From Octopus sinensis (Eukaryota), in the NCBI RefSeq assembly GCF_006345805.1, contig NW_021836610.1, forward strand, positions 1-22,925: a stretch of 22,925 nt of DNA. Direction: 5' to 3'. The position numbers were made by a program, and so were the translations under genes. Position 1 is the stretch's first letter. Every line of letters begins with the position of its first letter. Under the pieces are notes generated by a model, which saw only the letters and a list, made by a program, of their open reading frames with translations, was not told the origin of the DNA and ran no database searches. Positions 1 through 9,622 of this stretch are shown here, in pieces.

Positions 1-800
1 ATGTATGTATGTATGCATGTATGTATTATGTATGTATATGTATGTATGCATGCATGCATATGTGTATATATGTATATATATGCTTATGTATGTATGTCTT
101 TATGTGTTTATGTATGCATGTGTGCATGCATATCTCTATATCTATAAATGGCAATGTGTCTGTGTATCTGTGTGTCTGTGTGTCTGTGTGTCCTTTATAC
201 AAATCCACAGTTTTTCACGTAAAAGGCTCGCATTTTCTATGGGCTTTCAAAACTGTCTGAGGGTGGTCGTGAAGATCTTTTCATTTCCCCAGTCACCCCG
301 AGAAAGCCATTAAAAATTGATAAACCGACCCCTTATGCCCATAAGTTATTTTGCGGCCAAACTCGAGTTTTTCGCTTTCTTCTACCTCCTTTTTTGTCCG
401 ACTAATGGCATATGCACAGTCCCGCTAATTTTCCATGATTATGTCGTTGAAGGTGTGAAAACCAAAGTCCAGTGAATATTAATTACTCTAATAACAAGCT
501 CCAACTAGCTCATAAACAGCAAAACTCGCCCGGACTGAAATGTGATGAGAAACTTAGCTCTTGATTTAGTGGGAAATTTTCACTGCGACCCGGCAACGAA
601 CAACAAGCATTAGCACTAGACCTGGCAACGCCGGGTCATAGTGCTAGTATGTATATATGTATGTGTTTATGTATGCATGTGTGCATCTATGCATATATAG
701 ATATGTATGTATGCATGCATGTATATATGTATATGTTTATGTATGCATGTGTGCATACATGCTTTATGTATGTGTTTAAGTGTTTATGTATGCATGTGTG

Positions 801-836
<36 letters not shown>

Positions 837-913
837 GTATGTATGTATGTGTTTATGTATGCATGTGTGCATGCATGTATATAGATATGTAAGTATGTAT
901 GCATGTATGTATG
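1..913. repeat. Degenerate (ATGT)n-based compound satellite with a recurring GTTTATGTATGCATGTGTGCAT motif, interrupted by a Helitron-like insertion at 133-647
   Basis: ATGT/ATGC/AT repeats at 1-132 and 648-913. The longer motif recurs near 106, 666, 736, 782 and 851. Confidence 0.9.
133..647 (+). mobile_element. Non-autonomous Helitron-like element (515 bp)
   Basis: The 5' end is A|TCTCTATATCTATAAAT followed by a (GTGTCT)n microsatellite. The 3' end has a hairpin TAGCACTA-GACCTGG-caacg-CCGGGTC-a-TAGTGCTA (611-646) and ends CTAG|T at 644-648. It is inserted between A and T with no TSD, matching Helitron rules. Confidence 0.75.
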
Positions 914-940
914 TTCTCCTTCTCTTTTTAATTTAGAGTA

Positions 941-1209
941 CAGGGTGCGACATAAAGGTTACCCCGATTTCAAAGGTTAATAAAAGAAAAAAAAACACAT
1001 GAAGAGGCATGAAAAAACTTGGTATTTCTATGAAGTTCATTAAATGCCATTTTTTTCTCTCTGTCTTAGGTAGTAGCCACCATGGCCTGGGGTGGAAAGC
1101 ATCGTGCATCTGTTGTTGATGAATTTGTTTTGTTTTTTTTTTCTTGTATCTTCATGTGTTTACTTTTTATTAACCTTTGAAATCGGAGCAACCATTCTGC
1201 TGCACCCCG
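941..1209. mobile_element. Tc1/mariner-type MITE (269 bp) with ~75-bp imperfect TIRs and a TA TSD
   Basis: Left end TA|CAGGGTGCGACATAAAGGTTACCCCGATTTCAAAGGTTAATAAAA...AACACATGAAGA. The reverse complement of the right end is TA|CGGGGTGCAGCAGAATGGTTGCTCCGATTTCAAAGGTTAATAAAA...AACACATGAAGA. TA lies at 939-940 and 1210-1211. Confidence 0.85.
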
Positions 1210-1399
1210 TATATTGTGACTGACCACCTGTTTGGTAGTAAGGTTGTGAAACAAGGCATTTTGTTTTGTTCGTCACCTCTTAAATCTTAAAAAAATCTTG
1301 AAGACCTTTGTGGTCTCATATCTCGTGGTTATTTGTAGTGTATGAATTAAAGATTTGTGTTCTGTCCCCAAGAACCTAAGTTCAGCCATACTCTCCTCC

Positions 1400-1400
<1 letters not shown>

Positions 1401-1460
<60 letters not shown>

Positions 1461-1670
1461 TGTATGTATGTATGTTTGTATGTTTGTATGTATGTATGTA
1501 TGTACGTATATATATGCATGTATGTATGTATATAGGTATGTATGTTTGTATGTATGTATGCATGTATGTATGTATATATGTATGTATATGTATGTATGTA
1601 TGTGTGTGTATGTATGTATGTTTGTATGTATGTATGCCTGCATGCATGTATGTATATATATGTATGTATG
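1401..1670. repeat. (ATGT)n tetranucleotide microsatellite
   Basis: Directly visible tandem ATGT with occasional variants. Confidence 0.95.
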
Positions 1671-1800
1671 TAGCGGTTCGACAAAAGAGACCGTTAGAAT
1701 AAGTACTAGGCTTCAAGAATGTCCTGGGTCGATTTGCTCGAGTAAGGTGGTGCTCCAGCATGGCCACAGTCAAATGACTGAAACAAGTAAAGAGTAAAAG
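1671..1800 (+). mobile_element. SINE family B, 3' half (tail ends ...GGTGCTCCAGCATGGCCACAGTCAAATGACTGAAACAAGTAAAGAGTAAAAG)
   Basis: Homologous to copies at 13243-13425 (-), 17031-17203 (+) and, more diverged, 12306-12490 (+). It ends in a short-repeat tail (AAGAGT). Confidence 0.8.
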
Positions 1801-1836
1801 ATATATACATATATATATAGATATAGATATATATAT

Positions 1837-1867
<31 letters not shown>
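1801..1867. repeat. (TA)n microsatellite
   Basis: Directly visible. Confidence 0.95.
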
Positions 1868-1870
1868 TAG

Positions 1871-2870
1871 TTCAACACACAACACCCCTTCCCCGAAATA
1901 CTACCTTACATATCTACATACAACCCCAGAAACAAAGAAGCCTTTCACCATCATCACCCAGAATTTACCAATACTTCATAAAGACCCCCAAATTAAAGGA
2001 AATTCTAAACATACACCAATCATTAAAAGCTACAAACAGCCTAAATCACTTAAAAAGATTCTCACAAAGGCAAAATTGTCTTCTGAAATTACGGATGCAA
2101 ATCAAAAAAAATGTGGTAGATCGAACTGTGCAACATGTCCTAACCTGCTAGAGGATCAGAATTCCTCTTTAAAGAGGGACAGAAATTCAAGATCAAATCT
2201 AACTTTACTTACTTGTGCCTCTGAAAACATAATTTTGTCATAAAATGCTCGGGCTGCCACCAAGACTACGTGGGTTCCACGGGACTATCACTCAGACGTA
2301 GATGCACACTGCATCGACAACAGATTGCATTCCCAGAATATAGAATGATACTTTTAGTGAGCACATTGAGAAATGCGCAAAGCAACTACTACCACAATTT
2401 TAAATCTTTCCATTTTACCAATGTGCTTTCGGATCATCAATACAAATTAGACTAAACAAGGAAACATTCTTCATTGAAAAGTACAAGCCAGACTCAACCA
2501 TCCGAACATACTGATACAGAGAAATTCACACCAAGGGAAAGGAAAAAATTTTTTAAGCGATTATCTCCCTTACACCCGGAAGAAATCACTCACTACCTCC
2601 CTTATTTAGAACTCTCCTGAACATAAACATAACGATAACTCTATCAACATAACAATAAACGTTGCAAGAAATTTGAAAAGCTACACCGAAAACCGTCTTT
2701 CTTTTAATTATGTCATTATAAGAAAAAAAATTTTTTTTTTAATTTTCTAATATTCTCCAGACATATGACGCAATATATATTTTTTTTTAACATTTATGCC
2801 TTCTGTAGTTTTTTCACCTCTTTACTATTTTCTATATATTCACACGTGCTTTCACAACCCAACTTTCTTA
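1871..2870 (+). mobile_element. Penelope-like retroelement 3' fragment: linker plus GIY-YIG endonuclease (pseudogenised), probably Neptune-like
   Basis: Manual translation across frameshifts gives LPYISTYNPRN...SYKQPKSLKKILTKAKL...KCGRSNCATCPNL (2112-2138)...TCASENII(Y)VIKCSGCHQDYVGSTGLSLRRRCTLHRQQI (about 2212-2326)...SEHIEKC...RLNKETFFIEKYKP. This is a GIY-YIG motif with a Cys-rich linker. Coding remnant about 1871-2515; the rest is AT-rich 3' sequence. Confidence 0.85.
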
Positions 2871-2873
2871 TCT

Positions 2874-2877
2874 ATAG

Positions 2878-2911
<34 letters not shown>

Positions 2912-2953
2912 TATATATTATTACATATATATACATATATACATCATATATAC

Positions 2954-2988
<35 letters not shown>

Positions 2989-3047
2989 GATATATATATA
3001 CATATATATATATATACTATATTATACATATATATATGTTATATACA

Positions 3048-3089
<42 letters not shown>

Positions 3090-3150
3090 TATACATATAT
3101 ATAATATCTACCTATATGTAAACATATATATGTTATACATATATATATAC

Positions 3151-3181
<31 letters not shown>

Positions 3182-3218
3182 CAATATATATCTATAATAT
3201 ATATATATACAATATATA

Positions 3219-3254
<36 letters not shown>

Positions 3255-3318
3255 TATATATAATACATCATATATATATATATGTGTGTGTGGTGTGTGT
3301 GTGTGTGTGTGTGTGTGT
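2874..3318. repeat. (TA)n/(TACA) compound microsatellite ending in (TG)n
   Basis: Directly visible. Confidence 0.95.
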
Positions 3319-3409
3319 TATGTTTAAAAGGAAAATAAAAAGGATTTTACCTGAAGTGCTTTTGACCATAATTCTGCTCGACCGAGGCCGATGTGGTGCT
3401 AATCAGTGA

Positions 3410-3480
3410 CAACATTAACAACAGCAACAATACAACAACAACACAAACAACAATACAAACAACAACAATAGTACTAACGT
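3410..3480. repeat. Degenerate (ACA)n trinucleotide repeat
   Basis: ACAACA/ACAATA repeats. Confidence 0.8.
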
Positions 3481-3524
3481 CAGCTAGACTTTACAACGAT
3501 ATCAAAAGCTATATTACCTTCATT

Positions 3525-3862
3525 GTGAAGGTGCATGGCTCAGTGGTAAGAGCGCCGAGCTTACGATCTTGAGGTTGTGAGCTCGAATCCCGGACCGAGC
3601 TGCGTGTTGTGTTCTTGAGCAAGACACTTTATTTCATGTGGTTCCAGTTCACTCAGCTGTAGAAATGAGTTGCGACGTCACAGGTGCTAAGCTGTATCGG
3701 CCCCTTTGCCTTTCCCTTGGATAACACTGGTGGTGTGGATAGGGGAGGCCGTATGCATGGGCGACTGCTGGTCTTCCATAAACAACTTGCCGGACTTGTG
3801 CCTGGGAGGGTAACTTTCTAGGTGCAATCTCATGGTCTGTGTCGTGACCGAAGGGGGTCTTA
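3525..3862 (+). mobile_element. Full-length tRNA-derived CORE-like SINE (family A) with an 11-bp TSD
   Basis: A-box TGGCTCAGTGG and B-box-like GAGCTCGAATCCC. The central TGTGTTCTTGAGCAAGACACTTTA...CCAGTTCACTCAGCTGTAGAAATGAG resembles the MIR/CORE domain. TSD ATTACCTTCAT at 3513-3523 and 3863-3873. A second copy lies at 22447-22781. Confidence 0.9.
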
Positions 3863-3924
3863 ATTACCTTCATCGTTCCTATTCACTCTAACGCCATTAC
3901 GATTCAGGTGCCATCGCTGTTCTT

Positions 3925-5395
3925 ACCATCTACACCCACGACCCCCACCAACTTCCACTAACAGCACCATCACTATTATCACAACACCTTCAACAGCACC
4001 ATAATCAACAGTGTAGAAGCACTTTTAACGCCACCGACAACACCACCACCGGCACCGCGATCATAACCTGTACCACCAATACCATCATCACGACCAGCAG
4101 CACCAACTACTAGCACCAACGTCACCATTACGACTACAATTTCACACCATCCCCTTATTTCTTTATTGCCCACAAGGGGCTAAACGTAGAGAGGACAAAC
4201 AAGAACAGACAAAGGGATTAAGTCGATTAAATCGACCCCAGTGCGTAACTGGTACTTATTTAATCGACTCCGAAAGGATGAAAGGCAAAGTCGACTTCGG
4301 CGGAATTTGAACTCAGAACATAGCAGCAGGCGAAATACCGCTAATCATTTCGCCCGGCGTGCTAACGTTTCTGCCAGCTCGCCGCCTTCACACCAAAACA
4401 CTACCACCACCGTCACGATCACCACCACTACCAACGCCATCATCACAACCATCATTAATAACTCTACCACTAACAAGACCCCTCCACAAGTGTCATTACT
4501 AACTCCGCTACTACTAATACAACTACCACAATCACTAACACCACAACTAATAATACCACCACCACAGACACTAGCACCACTACCACCACAACCACTAGCA
4601 TCACTAATACCACAGCCATCAACTCCGCCACAACAACCACCACCATCACAACCACTACCACTACAATCACTAACACTACTATCACCATCACAACCACCAC
4701 CACAACCACCACTCCACTACCACCACCACAATCACAAACACTACCACCACCATCACAAACACCACCACTACAATCACTAACACTACTGCCACCATCACAA
4801 CTCCACCACAACCACCACTCCTCTACCACCACCACAACCACCACTCAACTACCATCACCACAACCACCACCGCGATCCCACCATTACCCCCAAAATCATT
4901 ACCACCACCACCACTACTACTACCATCATATCTAACTAATAATACCACCAGCAATATCACCAACACTAACACCACCACCAACATCAAATACCCCTATGTG
5001 CACTACCACCACCATACCACCTGATCACCACCAACAATACCATCACCACCCATGCCATCCGACCACCACCACCCCCGAACATTACCACCATCACCATCAT
5101 CACCATCACCATCATCACCACCACCATCGCCAGCACCACCTTTAAACACGCGCACACACACACACACAACTCATACGCACACAAACACACACGCGAACAC
5201 AACCACCTTTACCGTCACCAAAATCGCCATCCCCACCATCGCCACAACGACCGTGATCACCACCACCACTGCCTCCACAGCTACCACCACAGCCACCACC
5301 ACCACCACAGCCACCACCACAGCCACCACCACCGCCCCATCATCACCACCACCACCACCACCAGCACAACCACCGCCGCCGCCGCTACCATCACA
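3925..5395. repeat. Degenerate (ACC/ACT/ACA/ATC)n trinucleotide low-complexity tract, interrupted by a SINE
   Basis: C/A-rich, G-poor trinucleotide repeats with an internal ~110-bp duplication (about 4650-4730 vs 4760-4840). Confidence 0.9.
4150..4386 (-). mobile_element. tRNA-derived SINE family C, full length, with a 9-bp TSD
   Basis: The minus strand reads GGCGGCGAGCTGGCAGAAACGTTAG (A-box), GAGTTCAAATTCC (B-box) and central GCCTTTCATCCTTTCGGAGTCGAT. TTCACACCA flanks it at 4141-4149 and 4387-4395. Homologous to 13473-13872, 19108-19302 and 20762-20952. Confidence 0.88.
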
Positions 5396-5618
5396 CTACG
5401 TTAGGTATTATTGGGTCAATATCACAGACAGCCCGAAATGGTTAGATTCTTAATAAATGCTTCGGTGATTGCGGGATACATTATAATGATGACCCCTGCA
5501 AGAGGTCAAAGTCAAAGCCAGACGAAAATTACGTTATGCATTGATGTGTACAGTTTATCCATTCGTGGCATGCGGCGGGGATAGGAACCGAAGAAAGATA
5601 TGCTCCGTGCTCCTATTA

Positions 5619-5619
<1 letters not shown>

Positions 5620-5673
<54 letters not shown>

Positions 5674-6168
5674 GAATGTATGCGAGTGCGTGTATATGCA
5701 TGTTTGTATATATATATATATGTGGTGTGTGTGTGTGTATATATATGTATATATATATATATGTGTGTGTGTGTTGTGTGTGTATATATATTATATATGG
5801 GGTGTATATATGTATATGTACATATATAGACATATATATAACTCTATGTATGTATGTATACATACATATATATATAATATAATATATATATAATATATAC
5901 ATATCAACAGACTTATTGATACACGTCCATGCATGCATAATATATATATATAGATTATATATATATATATATATATAGATATATAATACATGTGTGTGTA
6001 TTCACTTATATGCATATAATGCCCATATGTGCATGCAAAAATATGTTATATATAATATATGTGTATGTATTTTGTATAGATATGTGTCTGTGTGTAATAT
6101 ATATATATATGGTGTGTGTGTATATATGTAGTATATATATTTTATATATGTATGTGTGTATACATGCA

Positions 6169-6208
<40 letters not shown>

Positions 6209-6500
6209 ATATATACATATATTATACATGTATATATATGTTGTTTGTGTGTGTGTATTACGGATGTATGTATGTATATAATGTAAACGTTTTAGAATGC
6301 ATGTGTGTCTATATGCATGTTTGAACGTGTATCTCTTTGTATATGTGTATGTACACAGACACACATGTGTGCATCTGTATGTGTGTGAGTGTGTGTGCGT
6401 GTGTGTGTGTTTATGTGTGTGTGTGTGTGTGTGTGTGGTGGATGTATATGTATGTGCGTATCTGTATGCATGCATGTATGTAAACGCACGTATGTACGTG
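5620..6500. repeat. Compound (TG)n/(TA)n/(ATGT) microsatellite field
   Basis: Directly visible. Confidence 0.95.
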
Positions 6501-6649
6501 TGTAAACGTGATAAACGCAAACATAGCCGAGTAATTACATAGAGCAATCAAAAAACCTCGCATTCAATTCCGCTGGAAGACATCTTTATCGTGTGTCTTT
6601 AATAAAAACATCTGCATAACCAAATTCTCGTGGAAGAAAATTATAAATA

Positions 6650-6848
6650 GCATGGATGTTTTCAAGAAACAACTTGATCTCCTGCAGGCCAATATCTCAG
6701 ATGAACGTATATCACGGCAAGAAACTCAAAAGAGGGCAGCTGTGTCGAACTCCCTCCTACACCCAAAAGAATGGCTATTGAAAAGGTGATGACACAGACG
6801 GTGCTCCAGCATGACCACAGCCTTTGGGGTGAGATATATAAAAGAATA
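6650..6848 (+). mobile_element. 3' terminus of an APE-type LINE (CR1/L2-superfamily-like, tentative): ORF2 C-terminus plus 3' UTR
   Basis: From 6652 it translates as MDVFKKQLDLLQANISDERISRQETQKRAAVSNSLLH. This matches the FK..LD..L...DE...RAA.SNSL motif I recall from invertebrate LINE ORF2 C-termini. It is followed by GGTGCTCCAGCATGACCACAG and an AAAAGAATA tail. Confidence 0.6.
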
Positions 6849-6918
6849 CACAGAGGAAAATTGTTTGGAAGCACATCAGATTGGTTATATTTGTAATATC
6901 TATGTGTGTATGTATGTA

Positions 6919-7169
6919 CAGTAATCCTTCGCCATATCGCGGTTTACCTATCGCGGTTCACCTATCGCGGTTCACCTATCGCGGTTTATTATTTAAGCTT
7001 ATGTCGATTCCTCCGTGGTGTTGTTTTGCATTTATAATAAAATAAATATATAGAAATTATAAAAATAATAAAAAATATATATACAGTACTATTTCTACTA
7101 CTATTTCTACTTTTCACCTATCGCGGGGGATTTTGGAATGTAATACCCACGATAGTCGAGAGATTACTG
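6919..7169. mobile_element. pogo/Tigger-like MITE (251 bp) with a TA TSD, inserted in (ATGT)n
   Basis: Left TA|CAGTAATCCTTCGCCATATCGCGG; right end reverse complement TA|CAGTAATCTCTCGACTATCGTGGG. TA at 6917-6918 and 7170-7171. Internal 14-bp tandem (TATCGCGGTTCACC) x4 at 6935-6990. Confidence 0.85.
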
Positions 7170-7268
7170 TATGTATGTATGCATGCATATATGTATGCAT
7201 GCATATATGTATGCATGCATGTATGTATGTATGTATGTATGTATGTATGTATGTATGTATGTATGCAT
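7170..7268. repeat. (ATGT)n/(ATGC) microsatellite
   Basis: Directly visible. Confidence 0.95.
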
Positions 7269-7306
7269 GTCATTATTCAGTTTTATTTCAAGATTTCAGG
7301 CTTTAG

Positions 7307-7461
7307 GACAAGCCCAAAAAGCAGCAACACACACACACGGGGTGGGTTATAGTAGGAGACATTCGGTGTCAGATAGTGGTGCTAAACTCGAAACGATATA
7401 ACTCAAAAGAACAGGCCTCTTGCCACACAGACAGGGCTGAGATTATAGAAAGAAATATAAG
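7307..7461 (+). CDS. Possible internal host exon (155 nt; DKPKKQQHTHTGWVIVGDIRCQIVVLNSKRYNSKEQASCHTDRAEIIERNI), product unknown
   Basis: Acceptor-like TTTCAGGCTTTAG| ending at 7306 and a consensus donor AAG|GTAAGT at 7461/7462. One frame is open between them and the sequence is non-repetitive. No protein homology recognised. Confidence 0.22.
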
Positions 7462-7965
7462 GTAAGTACATAACCAGCTTCTGAAAAGTTATTATTAATT
7501 TGCTTTTTAGGTATATCTCTTTTACCGTAACACCATACAATAGATGAAAGTTTTTTTTCATGATCTTATTAAATTTCTTTCCAATTTTTGTCAGAATATT
7601 TTTTTAAAATGTAGTTTAAATGTAGCTTCGCTTACTGATGGTGAAAATGTTTGGTAAAATTATAGTTTAACACCCAACTCGATTTCGGTGGGAAATAATG
7701 CTGTTTTCTCTTTTTTTCTTTTTTTTTCTTGTGCTATCAACTAATCTCAACTCCAAATATGCCACAAGTAGATTTTTCCACAGAATTCAGAGAGGGTGAG
7801 GTAGGGTGGACCCTCGGAAATTCTCCCCTCACGTCATCCAATTGGGCCAATCATGCGCCTATTGAATTAGGTCCATATTTTGGCATAAATTTAAAATGTT
7901 GCTATCGATCTATTTATTCAAGGTAGGCACTGCCTACCTTACCTACCTAAGCGGCACATCCCTGG

Positions 7966-7973
7966 CATGTATG

Positions 7974-8032
<59 letters not shown>

Positions 8033-8253
8033 ATTATCATTATTATTATCATCATCATCATCATCATTATCATCATCATTAATATGTATGTATGTATAAA
8101 TATATATGTATGTGATTATATGTATGTATATATATTACACATTTTATATATATATGTATGTATACGTTCGTATATGTAAGTATTCGTATGTAATATATAT
8201 ATATATATATATAGATATATATACAATATATAATATATATATATGTATGTATG

Positions 8254-8318
<65 letters not shown>

Positions 8319-8345
8319 CTATATAATATATATATATGTATGTAT
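7966..8345. repeat. Compound (TA)n, (ATT/ATC)n, (ATGT) microsatellite
   Basis: Directly visible. Confidence 0.95.
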
Positions 8346-8634
8346 CTTCTTTTGTAATATTCCACTGATGAGGAAAAGCATTTCTATTTAAAGGTCACAA
8401 TACATGTATTAAAGCGCTACTAATAATTTCATGTGTTGAGAGAACTCAGACATATTCTTCGGGCGCAAACCACATAACATAATGTAATAAAAAAATTCAA
8501 TAAATAGAAGACGATGACGCTGAGAAGGCAGCATATAGAAAACGCAGTCAGTAAACAACGGGAAAAAAACGGAAAACGAAACTAAAGTGTCAAAAGGAGT
8601 ACTTTTGTATTGCATATTATATCAGAGATCAGTA

Positions 8635-8692
8635 CATTATATATATATATATATATATACAGACACACACAAAACTCACGCACGCATATATA

Positions 8693-8746
<54 letters not shown>

Positions 8747-8761
8747 GTGTGTGTGTGTGTG
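8635..8761. repeat. (TA)n/(TG)n microsatellite
   Basis: Directly visible. Confidence 0.9.
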
Positions 8762-8904
8762 TGTTAAATAAAATGAGACAAGAAAGCCATGGCTATGTCA
8801 CATTTTCAGAACATTTATAAAGAGAAAGTCAGTCTTTATAAAGTTCTCTTTATGTCCTGAAAATTCCACACTGCCTTGACTTTGTTGTCTCATTTTATTT
8901 AACA
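8762..8904. mobile_element. Small foldback/MITE-like inverted repeat (143 bp, ~65-bp imperfect arms)
   Basis: Left TGTTAAATAAAATGAGACAAGAAAGCCATGGC...ATTTTCAGAACAT; right reverse complement TGTTAAATAAAATGAGACAACAAAGTCAAGGC...ATTTTCAGGACAT. The outer 20 bp are a perfect inverted repeat. Confidence 0.7.
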
Positions 8905-9059
8905 TATACATGCTCGTACAAGACCCGCATTAGACTCCTCACTCGTATCATTATCGATCCTAGAGTTTAATTACGGTTTATCCATAGCACTTACATAGCC
9001 TTACCTGCCACCTTGGGTCTTCTGGATAGCAATACCTCTCATATATATATATATATAAT

Positions 9060-9235
9060 ACAAAATGGGACAAGAACGCAAAACATCCGGACAACTAAGT
9101 GATACAAAAACAACAAAAAACATCCAGATACACGATACAAAAAACAAGGACGGGTCATTCGAAGCTTTCTATCCCTAGTCAAGACCCCGGATCATCCTCC
9201 GGCAATTTCGGCTGAATTATCTATCTATGAGATTG

Positions 9236-9238
<3 letters not shown>
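9060..9238. mobile_element. Fragment homologous to the 11164/12020 terminal repeat (Penelope-type terminal region, tentative), flanked by (TA)n on both sides
   Basis: Shares GGACAAGAACG, GATACAA..AACA.GGAC, CATTCGAA, AGTCAAGA..CCGGATCATC, AATTTCGGCTGA and GAGATT blocks, in the same order, with 11164-11396 and 12020-12255. Confidence 0.55.
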
Positions 9239-9278
<40 letters not shown>

Positions 9279-9362
9279 TTATTATTTGAGGGAATATTAA
9301 TCCAAACTTACAGGGAAAAAATTCAATTTAGAAATACTAAATCAAATCTCACACAATATAAT

Positions 9363-9622
9363 ATATATATATGAAATTAGAAAAAAAAACACCTTTTATC
9401 AATTCAAAAGGAACAATTAAATTAAACCATCTAGAAAATTACATATAATAGAAATATTAAAATTAAAATAACAATAAAATACCAATGATTAAGTAAATTG
9501 CAAAAAAAATAATAAAAACGTATCTAATTTTAATATTTCTATTATATGTAATTTTCTAGACGGTGTAATTTAATTGTTTATTTTGAATTGATAAAAGGTG
9601 TTTTTTTCTAATTTTATATATA
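9363..9622. mobile_element. AT-rich foldback element: ~100-bp inverted arms (9363-9465 / 9525-9622) with a ~60-bp spacer, bounded by (TA)n
   Basis: Left AAATTAGAAAAAAAAACACCTTTTATCAATTCAAAA...CTAGAAAATTACATATAATAGAAATATTAAAATTA matches the reverse complement of the right arm with only a few mismatches. Confidence 0.8.

Noticed and set aside
3525-3600. tRNA gene calls for the SINE heads (also 4310-4386, 19108, 20762, 21630-21706, 22447)
   Set aside because: A/B boxes are present but there is no complete cloverleaf. They continue into shared SINE bodies, several with TSDs.
4241-5453. Pro/Thr/His-rich and Val-rich ORFs (4241-4780, 4470-4844, 5052-5453)
   Set aside because: They start inside a SINE or trinucleotide repeats, and their composition simply mirrors (ACC)n/(GGT)n.
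7432-7964. hAT element bounded by CAGGG...CCCTG
   Set aside because: Only 5 bp of inverted match and no 8-bp TSD.
8355-8400. CTGATGAG at 8365 followed by a GAAA/TTTC hairpin
   Set aside because: There is no GAAA after stem II and no stem I pairing, so it is not a complete hammerhead.
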